Of a stretch of 64,000 nt of DNA, positions 28,705 to 43,363 are shown piece by piece. The notes under the pieces were generated by a model. It worked only from the letters and a program-made list of their open reading frames with translations. It did not search any database and was not told the origin of the DNA. Within the stretch, counting starts at the first letter, position 1. The number at the start of each line of letters is the position of its first letter. The stretch lies in contig OX597820.1 of the NCBI GenBank assembly GCA_951406725.2, positions 42,408,001 through 42,472,000 of the forward strand, written 5' to 3'. Made by a program: the position numbers and the translations under genes. Source of the DNA: Octopus vulgaris. Lineage: Eukaryota.

Positions 28705-29128
28705 GTATATATATTATTCAAAGAAATTCCAACTCTCGTTTTTTATGTTTTATTTATATACTTTATAATATTAATGTAGAATATATAATATATAGCATAA
28801 ATAGTATATATAGTAAAATGAAATGAAATGAAGTATTGATAGTCTTATTGAATAGATGAAATATTGAGTAACAGGAGTGTTTCAATTGTTGAAACACTCC
28901 TGTTACAACCTGGGACCTTGAAGACAGCTTTAATGCAAGAATGTATACTAGTCCCTTAATATTTTATATTCAATATTTCATCTATTCAATAAGACAATCC
29001 GATACTTCATTTCATTTGACTATATATATTATTTATACTACGTATTCTATATTCTACATTAATATTATAAAGAATATAAATAAAACATAAAAAAACAGAG
29101 TTGTAATTTCTTTGAATAATATGTATAT
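28705..29128. repeat. Fold-back element: ~160 bp inverted arms around a perfect 18-bp hairpin and a degenerate hammerhead-like spacer
   Basis: Arms 28705-28867 and 28970-29128; GTAACAGGAGTGTTTCAA-ttg-TTGAAACACTCCTGTTAC at 28868-28906. Confidence 0.85.
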
Positions 29129-29695
29129 ATAAAATTGTACCTTCAGATTTTTATATGCTTGACCACTGGCGTGAATTGATCTTAATTTAATTAATATTAA
29201 ATTTCTCACCCTCATTTTCAATTTATATATATATCTTCTCACGTTACCGCTGGCCAACTATAGCCATTTTGCATCGGACCACCGGCACGGTAACACCGTT
29301 TTCTTCGTCTGTCGTGAGGTCTTATTTTTTAAATACGCCAGCTGAATTCAATTCGTCTGAGTCGAAAGACGCCTGTTGTTATGTCCTGTTATTATTATTA
29401 TTATTTTGTATTTATATTGGTATTATTTTTTGTTTCTTTTTTGTATTTATATTCGTGTAACATCGTCCGTTTTTTGTCCTTGTTTCGTATACATTCGATC
29501 CTTTTCCCAAGGAATCTACTGCTCGTAGCTTAATTTTTCCTTGGGGTTGGCCAGATTGGAGCAATCTCAAGATTAATCAGCCGAAATTGCGAGGATGATC
29601 CGGTTCTTGCCTGAAGATTAGAGGCTTCGAATGACCCGTCCGTGCTTTTTGTATCGTTTATTTGGATGTTTTGCGTTCTTGTCCCATTTTGTATT

Positions 29696-29737
<42 letters not shown>

Positions 29738-30621
29738 CATAGCATACACATATACCCATACGTAAGTGTGAATACGTGCAGAAATGAATGTACATCAGTG
29801 TGCAATGTGTGTGTGTATGTATGTATGTATGTAAGTATGTATATAAGTATGTATGCACTGTTACAGGCATATTGATATGTACATACGTACACAAATATAT
29901 TTACGTATTTACAGGTAATATAAGGCTAGCAAGATAACATTTGACTTCGTTATTATGTCGAGGTTGTAACTCAATTTCGAGCAATGACATCACTTACACT
30001 GCAAAGATTATCTAGGCCAACCTCACTGATGTTACAAGCAAAGAGCACCTCTTATAGTAAGGGCTCGGGGAGTTATATCATATGTTGACATGCCGTCATT
30101 CCGTGATGAATATTTTCGTTGTGTGCTTTGCCTTTTCGACTACGTCCAGCCGATGTATGCAACAAATAGCAGAGATGTTAAACATCAAACCTAAATTTTT
30201 TCTTAAGGTGAGGCAAGATCACTCCCACTCACTAAACAACGTGAGATATTCGTTTTTATACATTGATTACAATCGTTCTCTAATTCACATTTTTCCAATC
30301 TTTTGGTATAATCATTAACATGACAGCAATTATTGATTTAGTGTTATGCATTCAGTAAATCATGTTTTCCATTGCGTTATGGGAACTGACTCGTCAGTAT
30401 CTTGTAAAACAAACAAGATACTGACGATAGATTTTTCATTATATATACTAATCAGAGTGTTTCGTGGATTTTCCGTTCATCAGAGGAGTGAATTGTTAAA
30501 CGAAAATCTCTCCTACGGTTTTCAGAAGTACTTCAGAGTTAAACGTTTAGATTATATATCCCTACTTGCATATTATATATACACACACAGATAGATAATT
30601 GTGAGTATATGTGTATGCGTG

Positions 30622-30659
<38 letters not shown>

Positions 30660-30901
30660 AGTGTCGATTGCTGCTACCAAATCGAACAACTGAAGCACTA
30701 CAAATTGTATGTCATAGACAAGTCTTTTCAGCTGTTTGTCATATAACTGAATATCATTTCTTATTTCTATTTCTTTAGGAATATTAGCAATGTATTGCAT
30801 GCCTTTTACTCACAAAAGAAGTTCCTACACACGCTCACACACACACACATTCACAAACAAAAACACACACGTACGCACAAGCACATATATATTTGTTTAT
30901 A

Positions 30902-30965
<64 letters not shown>

Positions 30966-30966
<1 letters not shown>

Positions 30967-31263
30967 TAGCAGTATCGCCCGGCGTTGCTCGGGTTTGTAA
31001 GGGAAATAGCTATATAAGCCTTTTTAGAGAGTTACTGCCCTTATATAATAGCAAAAAAATGCATTAAAAATGGGAAAAAATTATGGTAATTTTTTTTTAA
31101 ATCGTAGACTCATCGTAGACGCGCGCTAATACCCAGAAGGGCTCGATATGAATCACGACTATAAGATACCCGCTTTTGTTTAAACTGCACCTCAAAATGT
31201 GGGAGTAGTTAGGAATCTAAATCGTAGGAGACAGACACACAACTTCACTTTTATATATAAAGA
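30966..31263 (-). mobile_element. Non-autonomous Helitron
   Basis: Minus strand A|TC start, subterminal hairpin CCCGAGCAACGCCGGG, CTAG|T end; sits in a (TA)n tract. Confidence 0.8.
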
Positions 31264-31287
31264 TATATATATATATATATATATATA

Positions 31288-32574
31288 CGAGGGACGTTCA
31301 ATAAGTAATGCCTCTGACCCACTTGCAGTTGTTTGATCTAGCTGAAATTCTGCATGTGCAATTATGTATATCTCCATAGATTAAGTGGAAAATTACAGCT
31401 CTGAACTAATTGTAATTTCTGATTTACAGGTGTTTAAACTGAATCGAGTGTGAAATGGAGCCTGTTGAGTGTCGAACAGTGATCCGGTTTTTGTATTTGA
31501 AAGGACGCACCCCACGGGAGACTTTTGATGAAATGAAAGTAACTTATGGTGATGATGCTCCATCATATGACCTTGTTAAACGCTGGCATCGCGAATTCAA
31601 ACATGGTCGGAACTCTGTGGAAACAGTTCCCAGATCTGGTCGCCCCCCTTCTGCTATTGATGAGACATCTGTCCGTCTAGTTGAGGCTGCCATTTTGGAA
31701 GATCGACGCATAACTATTCGCCAAATAGCCCATGAGATCAAGATTAGTACCGGGTCCGTGGAAACTATCATTCATGACCATTTGCATATGCAAAAGGTGT
31801 CCGCCAGATGGATTCCCAGGTTGCTCACACCTTTCCAGAAGCAAGAACGCGTCGAGTGCTCGAGGTGGAATTTGGAGATGTGCCAAGAAGATTAGTCAAA
31901 ATTTTTCAAAAGACTGATTACACAGGATGAAACCTGGGTCCATCACTATGATCCAGAGACCAAAGCCCAGTCAATGCAGTAGAAGCAGCGTGACTCACTT
32001 CCTCCAAAGAAGGCAAGGGTGCAGCCTTCCGCTGGCAAGGTCATGCTCACAGTCGTCTGGGACCAGGACGGTGTAGTGATGACAGATTTCCTGGCAAAGG
32101 GTACCACAATTACAGAAGCCTATTATGCTTCACTTTTGAGGAAATTAAGAGAAGCTATCAAAATCAAGAGGCGGGGCAAGATCAGCAAAGGCATTCTCCT
32201 CCTGCATGACAACGCTCCGGTCCACAACTCGCGTGTCGCCAGATTAGAAGCGGCTATGAACTCCTTCCCCATCCCCCAACTCTCCTGACCTTTCACCCTC
32301 TGATTTTCACCTCTTCCCAGCCATGAAGTTGTTTTTGAAAGGAAAGCGTTTCCTAGATGATGCAGCCTTGATTTCTGAAGTCACATCGTGGTTGGAGGAC
32401 CAAGCTGGGGTCTTCTACAAAAAAGGATCTGCAGAGTTGCATCAAACGATTGGAGAAATGTGTAACTCTGAGTGGTTCCTATGTAGAAAAAGACTAATAA
32501 ATGTGCCAAGTTTCGTTGCTCTACTGTTATGGGAAGGGGGTCAGGGGCATTACGTATTGAATGCCCTACGTCTC

Positions 32575-32575
<1 letters not shown>
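31288..32575 (+). mobile_element. Full-length mariner DNA transposon (~1.29 kb)
   Basis: Imperfect TIRs CGAGGGACGTTCAATAAGTAATGCCTCTGACCC / GGGTCAGGGGCATTACGTATTGAATGCCCT..CTCG; flanked by TA. Confidence 0.95.
31455..32500 (+). pseudogene. Mariner transposase pseudogene
   Basis: HTH N-terminus, WIPRLL, TQDETWV, LHDNAPVH, SPDLSPSDFHLF; in-frame stops at 31893 and 31980 plus frameshifts. Confidence 0.93.
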
Positions 32576-32608
<33 letters not shown>

Positions 32609-32610
<2 letters not shown>

Positions 32611-32878
32611 TTGAGTCTGGAGAGAGTCATTCTCTTTCGCTGCCTTATAATTTAACACACTCACAGGTAAAATTTCCACGTCTTTCTTACTTTTTTTTCC
32701 TAAAATTTTCGTTGCGTCTTGCAACCTTTTCAGTAGTTTTGAGAGTCAATACTATTGAAACGATTACAGGACACAACGACAATTTTAGAAAGATAAAAGA
32801 GAAATAAGTGGAAATGTTACCTGTGAGTGTGTTAAATTATAAGGTAGCAAAAGAGAATGACTCTCTCCAGACTCAACA
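32609..32878. repeat. Near-perfect 270-bp palindrome (MITE/fold-back) with a hammerhead-like motif in each arm
   Basis: TGTTGAGTCTGGAGAGAGTCATTCTCTTT.../...AAAGAGAATGACTCTCTCCAGACTCAACA. Confidence 0.9.
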
Positions 32879-32918
32879 GAACATGCTTTAACACACGAAA
32901 TCCAAATATCTTGCAAAC

Positions 32919-32971
<53 letters not shown>

Positions 32972-33861
32972 GTACATATATGCATAATAATACATGATTT
33001 TAAGGCAAATACTTTTTGTTCAAAGCGATTACTGATGGTTTAATAAAATTGAAAATAATTATGTATTGAGCGCTAATACATAGAATGGTACTCAAGACCT
33101 TCTAATATGAACAGACGCTTGCAACATAAAATCTAGCCATATGATGAAACAAATACAAACATGCGAACACACTCATAAATATACTTGTGTATGTGTATGT
33201 GTGTGTGTGTGTGTCGAGAGAAAGAGAATGTATATGTGTGTGTGTGGCTCTATATATGTGTGTATGTGTTGTCAGGTTTTTATATTTTTTTTGTTTTCAG
33301 TCTTAATCATTCATATCTAATCAAACTTAACAATATACTGCTAGTGTTTGAAGCTGTGTAATTTAAAATTTTTCTATCTAAATAAATATGTACACATATT
33401 TCATCTATGTATATCATCCAGCGTAATTCCTATATAAATGTGAGCAAGTACATTTTTAATCATATGCGAGCGCTTTTGTACTTACATAGATATATTTATT
33501 TACATATGTATCTCTCTCTCTATATATATTTATCTGTTTGAGTCTCTGTGTGTGCGTGTGTCTGTCTGTCTGTGTCTGTGTCTCTATGCATGCGTGTATG
33601 TGTCTGTGTGTGTTCTTGTATTCGATGCGATTTTGCTTCGATATATAAAGGCATGCATATGGCTGTATGTTCTCCATGTAATTTTATTTACGAGTGGTCC
33701 ATATATTTATATTCATTCTTATGTAACTATCTATAAATATATTCACATAACACACAAACACACAAACTGACGTCCATATATATATATATATGTATATACT
33801 CACTCTCATAACTATAAGCACACCAACATATAAACAATTGTACATATATATTATTATGCAC

Positions 33862-33897
<36 letters not shown>

Positions 33898-34537
33898 CTT
33901 TACAAGAATACCAGTACATATATATACACACACACACAACTACATAATGATATACACACGGACATAATCATAAATATGTAAACACATACTTACGTATACA
34001 CATACGCACAACTCTAATACATGCACACAGATTTTGATGTTTGGCTCATGCTGCTGCTGCTACTGTTTTGATTCTTTTTGAAATATCACGCCTCTTCATT
34101 TAAACCACAAATAACATTTTGTCTGTTGATTAAATTTCCAGAAACCCTTTTGGAAAGAAATTTAATTTTCAATTGTCTTATTTCAATAGCTTCTGAGAGA
34201 TCAAACCCGTTCTTCTCCGATTCGATTCTGCGTAAGAAGTTATTCGACTAAAACAAGAATAGTTGTAATTACATTCTTATTGTTAAACAGAAAATCGAAT
34301 CAGTGAACAGCGTTGAAATGTCACCACGTATATATGTCTGTTTATAGGATTAAACGAGGTAATGAGTAATGTAGAGCTTAACAAAGAACTATGTCATTGG
34401 AGATTTGAGATGCAATCTTTATTATTTGTTTATATATGTATGATTTTATGTATCTTATGTGCGTGTCTATATATATATATATGTGTGTGTGTATGTATGT
34501 ATATATATATATGAATGTATGAATGTATATATATATG

Positions 34538-34648
<111 letters not shown>

Positions 34649-34757
34649 ATATACTTGGATATATGTACTCAGGCCTTTATAGATAGACACTCATGCACAT
34701 AACTCATGTGTATGATTATGTATGTGTGCACGTTTAATACATATATTCATACAAGTT

Positions 34758-34809
<52 letters not shown>

Positions 34810-35053
34810 TCACGTGATCACGTGATATATATATATACATAATGACTCCATACATACATTTTTTTATTGAAACTCCCGTTCTGTCTTTAAAAGTAAATAA
34901 ATTATTTTGATGAGCATTTCTCAGGATGGTTTGGAATCAGCCCTATGTAAGCTTATATGTTCATATGTGCAATCTGCAGGTGTGTCTATATACATGATTG
35001 TGTATATATACTTGCTTATATATGTATACGTATCTATCTTCATATCATCATAC

Positions 35054-35106
<53 letters not shown>

Positions 35107-35339
35107 GTATACATACATATATTGATATGTTTATGTATATATATGCGTATATATATATATTACTAAACATATATATTTTTACATGCATACATACATTCAT
35201 ACATACATACAGAGAAGTGAGCTTACAACTGTACTTCTCTAAAGATACTACTTGTGTGTTTGTGTGATTTTGTGTGTGTGCGTGTGATGCTGTATGTATG
35301 TAAAGTGAAGGCTGATGACATAACGACACACACACACAA

Positions 35340-35370
<31 letters not shown>

Positions 35371-38089
35371 TACTCAAACTCGCACACATATTCGCACATG
35401 CATACGTATATACATATATATATACATACATATATATATACACACACACAGACACACAGACACATGTGTGTGTGTGTGTGTGTCCCTATACGACGGGCTT
35501 ATTTTTGTTGCCATGTAATAAATCCATTCACAATGCTTTAGTTGGGCAGAAGCTACAGTAGGAGATACTTGCCCATAACGCCACACAGTGTGGCTGAACC
35601 CAGAACCATGCGGATGTGAAGCAAATGTCTTACCATTCAACCACATATATTTATATTTGTGTTGCATATATAATTTTATCTCATTGAAAGTCGTTTCATC
35701 TTGTTGATATCGTATCATACTTGAGTAGAATAACAATGTGTAAAAAAATGGTATCATGTATTGAAATAGAAATCACATTTAATAAAGCAATGAGATTATA
35801 ATAAGAATCTCTTAGAGTTATTAATTAGTTCACAGGTCACAGTCTGAGTTTATCATGGATGGCACCTAAGTGAAGAGATTTGATTTGTTGTACGTGTTAA
35901 ATTTTCCGGAACTAATTACATTTTATCTTCTCAAGATTCGTTTGTGTCGCTACGGATCACATGGGTAGTGAGCAGATGGAATTAAACCTAATTTTAAAAG
36001 TTTTGTCCCCTTCTTGCATTCATGCTTCATGCTTATAAAAATTTGATTAGCTGTAATTTTTGTCACGACGAAAGGAATTGTCTAAAGACGAACAGAAGAA
36101 ACAGATTGCTTGAGAGAACAATACAACAAAAGAGTAGGAAAAGAGGTGTGGCAGTATGTGCATGAATGTGTATATAATCGCGTAAGTGTGCATCCATATG
36201 TGTGCATGTATGTGTAAGTGTAATGTGTGTGTAGATGCATGTATGCGCTTGTGTGTATATATGTATGTGTGTGTGTTTCAACTGGATTTACTGCAAATAA
36301 AAGTTTGTTTCAGAAATAAAATCTAAACCGTCTGGGAATAAAGTAAGTGTTAAATTCTGTCTACATTGTTTAGTCAACATGTGGATTACTGTTTGCAATC
36401 AATGGGGATAGCCACAAAGGAAGAAACTGTAAAACTCCACTGTCTCCGTAATAAATATTTTCGACTAATCTTTTGATTTACTTCTTGATGTTTGGTATTT
36501 TGAAGCTCGCTTGCATAGCTCAGTTGATAGTGCATAAAACTTTTATGAGATTATTTTGCAGGTTGATCAGAGGTTTTGTGTTTTGGTCCGTCTGCAGACA
36601 TAAGTATTCCTTGTAAAGTAGAATCGTTAAGCACGCCGGACAAAATGCTTAGCTTCCTTTCTTTTTTTTTTCAGTGTTCACGTTATGCCTTCAAATGTCA
36701 TCAAGGTCAACATTGACGTTTAAGAAATGGGGACGATACAAATAGAGCAAGCTAAACACTGGAGTCGATACAATTGACAACCCACCCCACCCGAAAATTC
36801 AGGTCTTGTTTCTGGTAGTAGTAGTAGCAGCAGCAGCAGTAGTAGTAGTAGTAGTAGTAAGAGGAGGAGGAGGAGGATGTGCTGTAATAGCGCATCACTG
36901 CATCCACCATTAGTTTATGATTTCCTACTCCTGACGGAAACCCTTCAACATATGTCTCTTTTGGGACAGTCATTGCTGGTGAAGTCTTTCTCAGGTCGGC
37001 GTGTAAATCTAACCTCGATCTTTTTTAGTTGCCTTTTACTACACGTAGGATAAACATCGGGGTCCTTTGACAAATCAGTTCCCACACAACACTAGAACAA
37101 CATGATCTATCTCTCAAGAACACAACAAGCCACCAGGTCCGGGAATCGAACGCACGATCTGGTGATCGTACTTTCAATGACCGAACCACAAAGCCACGCG
37201 TAGGTTATAAACTAATGTCAACTTTGCTTTTCATCATTCTGTGGTCGGTGAATTAAAATCCAGGAAAGACTTCGTGTTCAGTATAATCTACTGACTCTAC
37301 CTCAGCTTCACTAGATTTCCGCCTAAACCAGAAAATATATAATTGTATTTATGTAATTGAGTGTGTATATGTGAGATGGCTAATATATTAATTAAGGAAG
37401 TTGCAATATCCGTGGCAGTAACAAAACGGAACATCAATAAAATCGGAATCAGTAACACGATAAACAACTACACTAACAGCGTTAATTAATATCTGTAACA
37501 TTTACTATAATAATAAACTATATCATTAATTACACGCCTATGTGTCGGTCTTTCATTTCAGTTTGACTAATTTGGCGCTATTCGACTACTCATCACATCT
37601 GACCAAATCAATAGCAAAACATCAATCATTGATATAACAACACAAACGACCCCTGGTTGTGACAAATATATGAATATTAGCACTAGTAATAGGGTCTCTC
37701 TATGCTAGAAATACCAGCCAAGTCTACCGTCAGTTTCACCTTACAGCACTAAAGTAGTGAAGAATATAGTAAATAATACTCCCCCTAGTTTGTCTAAAGA
37801 AGACGAATAGTCGCGACTGAAATACTTAATTTTAGGCTCCACAATATGTTGGGTTTTTTTTTTGTGCTTAGAAACATCATCTGGAATGCAAACAGTATTC
37901 GAACCAGTGACGAACATAGGAAGAAAAATATAGACAGTTCTGTATCAACAACAGTTATACTTTAAAGCTATTCGGCATTATGTTTCAAAGAAAATTATAA
38001 TACACCACATATGAATGTTCTGACAGCAACATAACTAATAACGGCATAAAAAAAAATTGAACGAAACGCAAAATAAAAATAGAAAAATT

Positions 38090-38680
38090 ATTGGCTTCAA
38101 ATTTTGCCACAAAGGCAGCAATTTTTTGGAGTGAGGGGATGAGTCAATTACATCGACCCCAGTGCGTATCTGGTACTTATTTTATCGACCTCGAAAGGAT
38201 GAATGGTAAAGTTGACCTCGGTGGAATTTGAACTCAGAGCGTACCAACGGGCGAAATACCTATTTCTTTACTACCCACAAGGGGCTAAACACAGAGAGGA
38301 CAAGCAAGGACAGACAAACGGATTAAGTCGGTTATATCGACCCCAGTACGTAACTGGTACTTACTTAATCGACCCCGAAAGCATAATAGGCAAAGTCGAC
38401 CTCGGCGGAATTTGAACTCAGAGCGTACCAACGGGCGAAATAACTATTTCTTTACTACCCACAAAGGGCTAAACATAGAGAGGACAAACAAGGACAGACA
38501 AACGGATTAAGTCGATTATATCGACCCCAGTGCGTAACTGGTACTTATTTAATAGACCTCGAAAGGATGAAAGGCAAAGTAGATCTCGGCGGAATTTGAA
38601 CTCAGAACGTAACGGCAGACGAAATACGGCTATGCATTTTGCCCAGCGTGCTAACGGTTCTGCCAGCTCACCGCCTTAAG
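38090..38680 (-). mobile_element. SINE with triplicated internal unit
   Basis: Three copies of ATCGACCCCAGT..GGAATTTGAACTCAGA; head at 38640-38677; same family as 16997-17450. Confidence 0.85.
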
Positions 38681-39949
38681 AATAGAAAGATTGGCATTAA
38701 GTCCTGATAATCGATGAAAATACTCATCTTGGTTAAAATACTGAATGCAAAACTGAAATTTGATATATTTTTCAAAATATATTTTCGTATAAGCATCAAA
38801 TATAGTCATTTAGCAGAATGGTGACTAGTAACAAAGAAAATTAATTTACATTACATATTTTTAGACGAATCATTATCTGGTAATTTTAGCTTCCATTTGG
38901 CATTTGGTTCACATAGCAACAGCAGACATCATGCCACGATTTTTCAATGTGATCATATGATTTATTGTCTCTGTGCTGCTTTTCCATCTTCTTTGTCTCT
39001 GAATTGCATCCTCATTATTTCAAGCTGTGCCTTACAAGAAAATTTGCCAGCAATAAGGTGTAACACTAAGACATTAAGACGCAGAAAGTCTTCTATTTAG
39101 CTACAAGACATCATGCATATAAAAACGAAAGACAAGCAAAGAAAGAAAATGTCACAGAAAATCATCCAAGTTTGACTGCAATTTTGAAGTGATCTTATAA
39201 ATTGCAGTAAAGCAGAGTGGAGAAAAGGCTTGTTACATGAGGAAACATTCATTAAGTAATTTTCGTATAACGTCTCTTTAGTCGTCCACGAAAATCAATG
39301 TACAATTTCAAATACACGCTTCCAAAACTCAAGTCTCATGCATTAAGGTATAGAAATTGTTTCTACGTTGGAAGGAGCTGGTGCAACATAAACTCTAAAA
39401 CAAGTTTGCCTGAACATTCTGTAGAAATTGCATATGCACATGACCTTGTACAATATTTTAACATGTAGATGTACTTTATGCAAAATAAGTGAACTATTGT
39501 ATTAGCATTAATGATATGTTTGTATTAGGTTCATGGCCGAGAGTATCTTTAACTGAACTGATGTCACAGAATTATATAAAAATTACAATTTTAAAGATGA
39601 CGCTTATAGTTCTTTACCAGTTTGAGATTTGATATAGAACCTATTTCAGGTTTGAACCATGAAAATCATCCATAGATTATTTCTTATATTTGGTCACAAG
39701 AACACCTGAGTGCATTTCTGAACTATTTGAAGGAAAGGGGTGAGGTATCATACCAAATGCAGGGCAGTATAATATTCTTATTTGTACTTTTATGATTTCG
39801 AGATTCTTTGCTTATTTTATGATATGATGCATTTCTGATTTTTCATCTACATAGTCATTATATTATAAACCATCTTTATTAGTGTATTCAAACTTATGAC
39901 TAAGGTTGCGTATGGTTATATCCTTTACTTTATTCTGTACGACTATATT

Positions 39950-41100
39950 TGGTGTATAACACGTCAACGGATCTCGTCATACATCTGCAACATGGTCAAA
40001 AGCATTCCGTTTCACTGTAGCCAGTTAAATAGAGAATGTGCCGTGAAACTTAGTCAGTAAACAGTTTGTAGATACGTAACAAAATTGTCTAACACTAATA
40101 GGGAATTCAACGTTAATAGAAATTAAATATACTGGTTTGCTTATGGTTAGAGTGTCTGGAGAAAGTGCAGTTCTCTTGCAAATGATGCCATTCATGTCCC
40201 CCTTCAACTTTTGTCTGACAGAAATTAGATATATACTTAATCAAGGGAAGTATTCTAGAGAGCTGAGCTATATGTGAGCTCTGATTGACTCGATCACAGA
40301 TAGTCACTTGATACCGAAAAACAATATCGAATAACACGACTGTCGAAAAACTAAAATAATGTTTGTTTTTTCGTTTTTTTCTCTTATAAAAATATCATGA
40401 TGAATGTAGCATAACCAATCTGCATGATGCTAGAATATTCGCAGGAACCATAGTTGGCGATAGCAAATATAAATGTTAAACAGATAATATGTGTATTCAG
40501 AAACAATATTCGGTGAACATTTTCAAGACAGCAACTCTTAATCTTTACAAAAAAATGCCGGTCTCTTTAAAAAAAAAAATCAAAGTTTCCAGAAGAGAAG
40601 AAAGTGAGATTTCATGGCGTTTTGAGATCTACTTGGGCTGATGCTTTTGATCTTATATCATAATGGCTTCAAGGCAATTAGAAATCTTGTTGTACATCTC
40701 ATGGTCACTGCTTGAGTTTCACTATACATTCGTTATTTCAACAGATACAGTAGAATAGAATGCCGTTGAACATGTAAATGCATAACAACTATGCATGTGA
40801 GTTAAAATGTTGGCGAGAAAACAATCCTCTTTTATGAAGATATGGTTTATGTATATAGTTGTCGAAGATTTTGGCGATTAAGAGGCCATAGGGTGACGAC
40901 GCAAGGAGGGAAAGAGGATTCATTGAAGGTTATAAACTTATGCGTAGAAAGTTCAGAGGGTTAGAAAATAGGAGAAGTAAGAAAACAGTGGATATGGTAT
41001 GCAAAGGAATTGGTTGAATAGTTTTTACACTATTAGCTCATACTTGTAGCATGATGGCCATTCCAGTTATGTCAATAATATTGTTATACAAATCGATTTT
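39950..41100 (-). mobile_element. Very degenerate RTE-like RT remnant
   Basis: Faint traces of the ..ELLYADD, YLGD and (W)FGHV.RM regions; many stops. Confidence 0.35.
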
Positions 41101-42004
41101 GAGGATCAGAAACTTATGAAACTTGTAGTATTTGGGTGTTTAATCGAGGAATTTTCTTTTATTCTGTATAATGTGTGAGATGACGCATTTACATTTACTT
41201 TTATTAGGTCATATTCTGAAGCAAGCAAGATTGTATCGCGTGTGTTTTCTCCATGGACGTGATTAATATGTATAATTCTGCAGTTTAAAAAATATAGGTT
41301 ATTATGTCTTCATAAGATTATGCTTTACTGGTAGCTCATCCGGAACAATATGAATGCCATGTGTAAATTAGCTAGGCTATGCAAGTTTAATAGTATAATA
41401 TAGGGAAATATCTAATCCAAAATAGTACAATGGTTCACTCACACGTGGGATTATCTACAGAAGGTCGTCGTGAGTCTATTACATTATCTAGAACTTGGAT
41501 AAAAATAGCAAGAATCAGAAAACAATACAAGATATAAATAGCAAGAGGAATGATTAAAGAAAATAATCGAATAATAGCCGTCGGCAAGAAAAACGCGAAA
41601 ATGGAATGAATACAAAAAAAAAAAATAAATAATAATAATGTAAAACTACAATTATTGAAACAAAAGGGATGAAAACTGGTCATAAAGAAAGCAGTATTAA
41701 CGAATGAAAGAGAAAACAGGAAACGGAAAAATGTAAGGAAAAGATGGAGAAAAAGAGAAAGAAAATGAGAAAAAGAACAAATAGATTTTAGTGGGTGCTT
41801 TACTTAAAAAGTAATCAAACAGAAAGTTGCAAAAGAGGTGAGAGGAAATGTAAAATAATAGACAATAATTAAATAAAATACAAAAGAAAATACAAGCAGA
41901 TGGTAATAAAATAGTGTAAAATTTAAAAAAAATATGAAAGAGGAAGTCTGAATGTATAATCATAATAATAATGATAATAACAACAACAACAATAATGAAA
42001 ATAA

Positions 42005-42507
42005 TAAATGCCCTGATGCAGTACCAGGTATTGGCCCTCTTGGCTTCTGATCTTAACTGATTTGAAATACATTGTTTTGTCTCGATAGATGGGCTACAGT
42101 AAATATTCTTCTCAATACCAGTTGTTTGACCTTAACCAGTTGAGCATGTCCCTTAGTGACTGAAGGTATGTGAATCTCTGATCATGAGCAGAAGTAGTGG
42201 GGGAGTATCATAACCGTGTGGTGAGAGGAATTCTTTGGGGTTTGAATTATTCATCTCTGGAAATATTCTTAAACAACCCTTATTCAGGGACCTTTTCAGC
42301 GAGATGGGCTACTCGACTGGAAGAAAATTCTAACTGGGCCCCACCTGCAAGCTGTTTATCATGATATGAGATCACCATATCGCGCACATGTGGCTGTGAT
42401 GCATGTGCCTGGTGTACCCTTGTCAGGCAAATACTCATGATGGGTATAGAGGGCTTCGTATATTTTACCCCAGTGTCACTTTGATAGCATGTACTGATCT
42501 CTCACTC

Positions 42508-42570
<63 letters not shown>
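42005..42570 (+). repeat. Dispersed repeat embedded in and ending with (AAT)n, probably a non-LTR 3' end or non-autonomous derivative
   Basis: Unique-looking 500 bp block bounded by AAT repeats on both sides. Confidence 0.5.
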
Positions 42571-43322
42571 TCCTCCTATAGTCACAAGGCCAGACGTAAT
42601 TTGAGGAAGGGCCTATTCCATTACATCGACTTTAGTGCTTAATTATTACTTATTTCATCGACACTGAAAAGTTGAAAGGCAAAGCCGACCTCGGCGGAAT
42701 TTGAACTCAGAAAGAAAACACGGTGGAAAATGCTGCTAAATATTTTGTAGGACGTTTTGAGAATTCTGCCAGCTCTCCTCCTCCTCCTCCTCATCTTTCT
42801 CTTCCTCCTCATTCTCGTCCTCCTCTTCCGTCTTCCACCTTTTCTTCATCTTCATTCCTAGTAATAATAATGATTTTTATTATTTCTTTTATTAGACACA
42901 GGGGTTCAGAAGTGTTGGCTAACACAAGGATAGACAACAATTTGCGTCAAGATACACATAAAGGACAGAAGGGAAGAAATGGAAAACAAACAATGAAATA
43001 CAAGGAAAGTATACACAGTATAGAAGCAGATTATTCATTTTTTTTTTAGCTGCAGCCACCTAGATGAATAAGTATATCACATGTACAGTCAAGAATTTTT
43101 GAGGAAGTGTGCGAAAAAAATAGAAAAGACGATGAATTGCGAGTAGTAGTAGTAGAAAAGAAGAAAAAGAAAAAGAAAAAAAAGAAAAGTAATATATATT
43201 AGAAAAAGGTAATCAGAAGATGGTTCAAAGATATTTATTTATATATTACATTTTTTACATATATATCATATCATATATATATATCAAATCAGTTGTGGTA
43301 GTTTGAACCTTTTTATAGTTTC

Positions 43323-43363
<41 letters not shown>

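Noticed and set aside
38150-38620. Regularly spaced repeats resembling a CRISPR array
   Set aside because: Whole ~180 bp SINE units are repeated with no unique spacers; eukaryotic context and no cas genes
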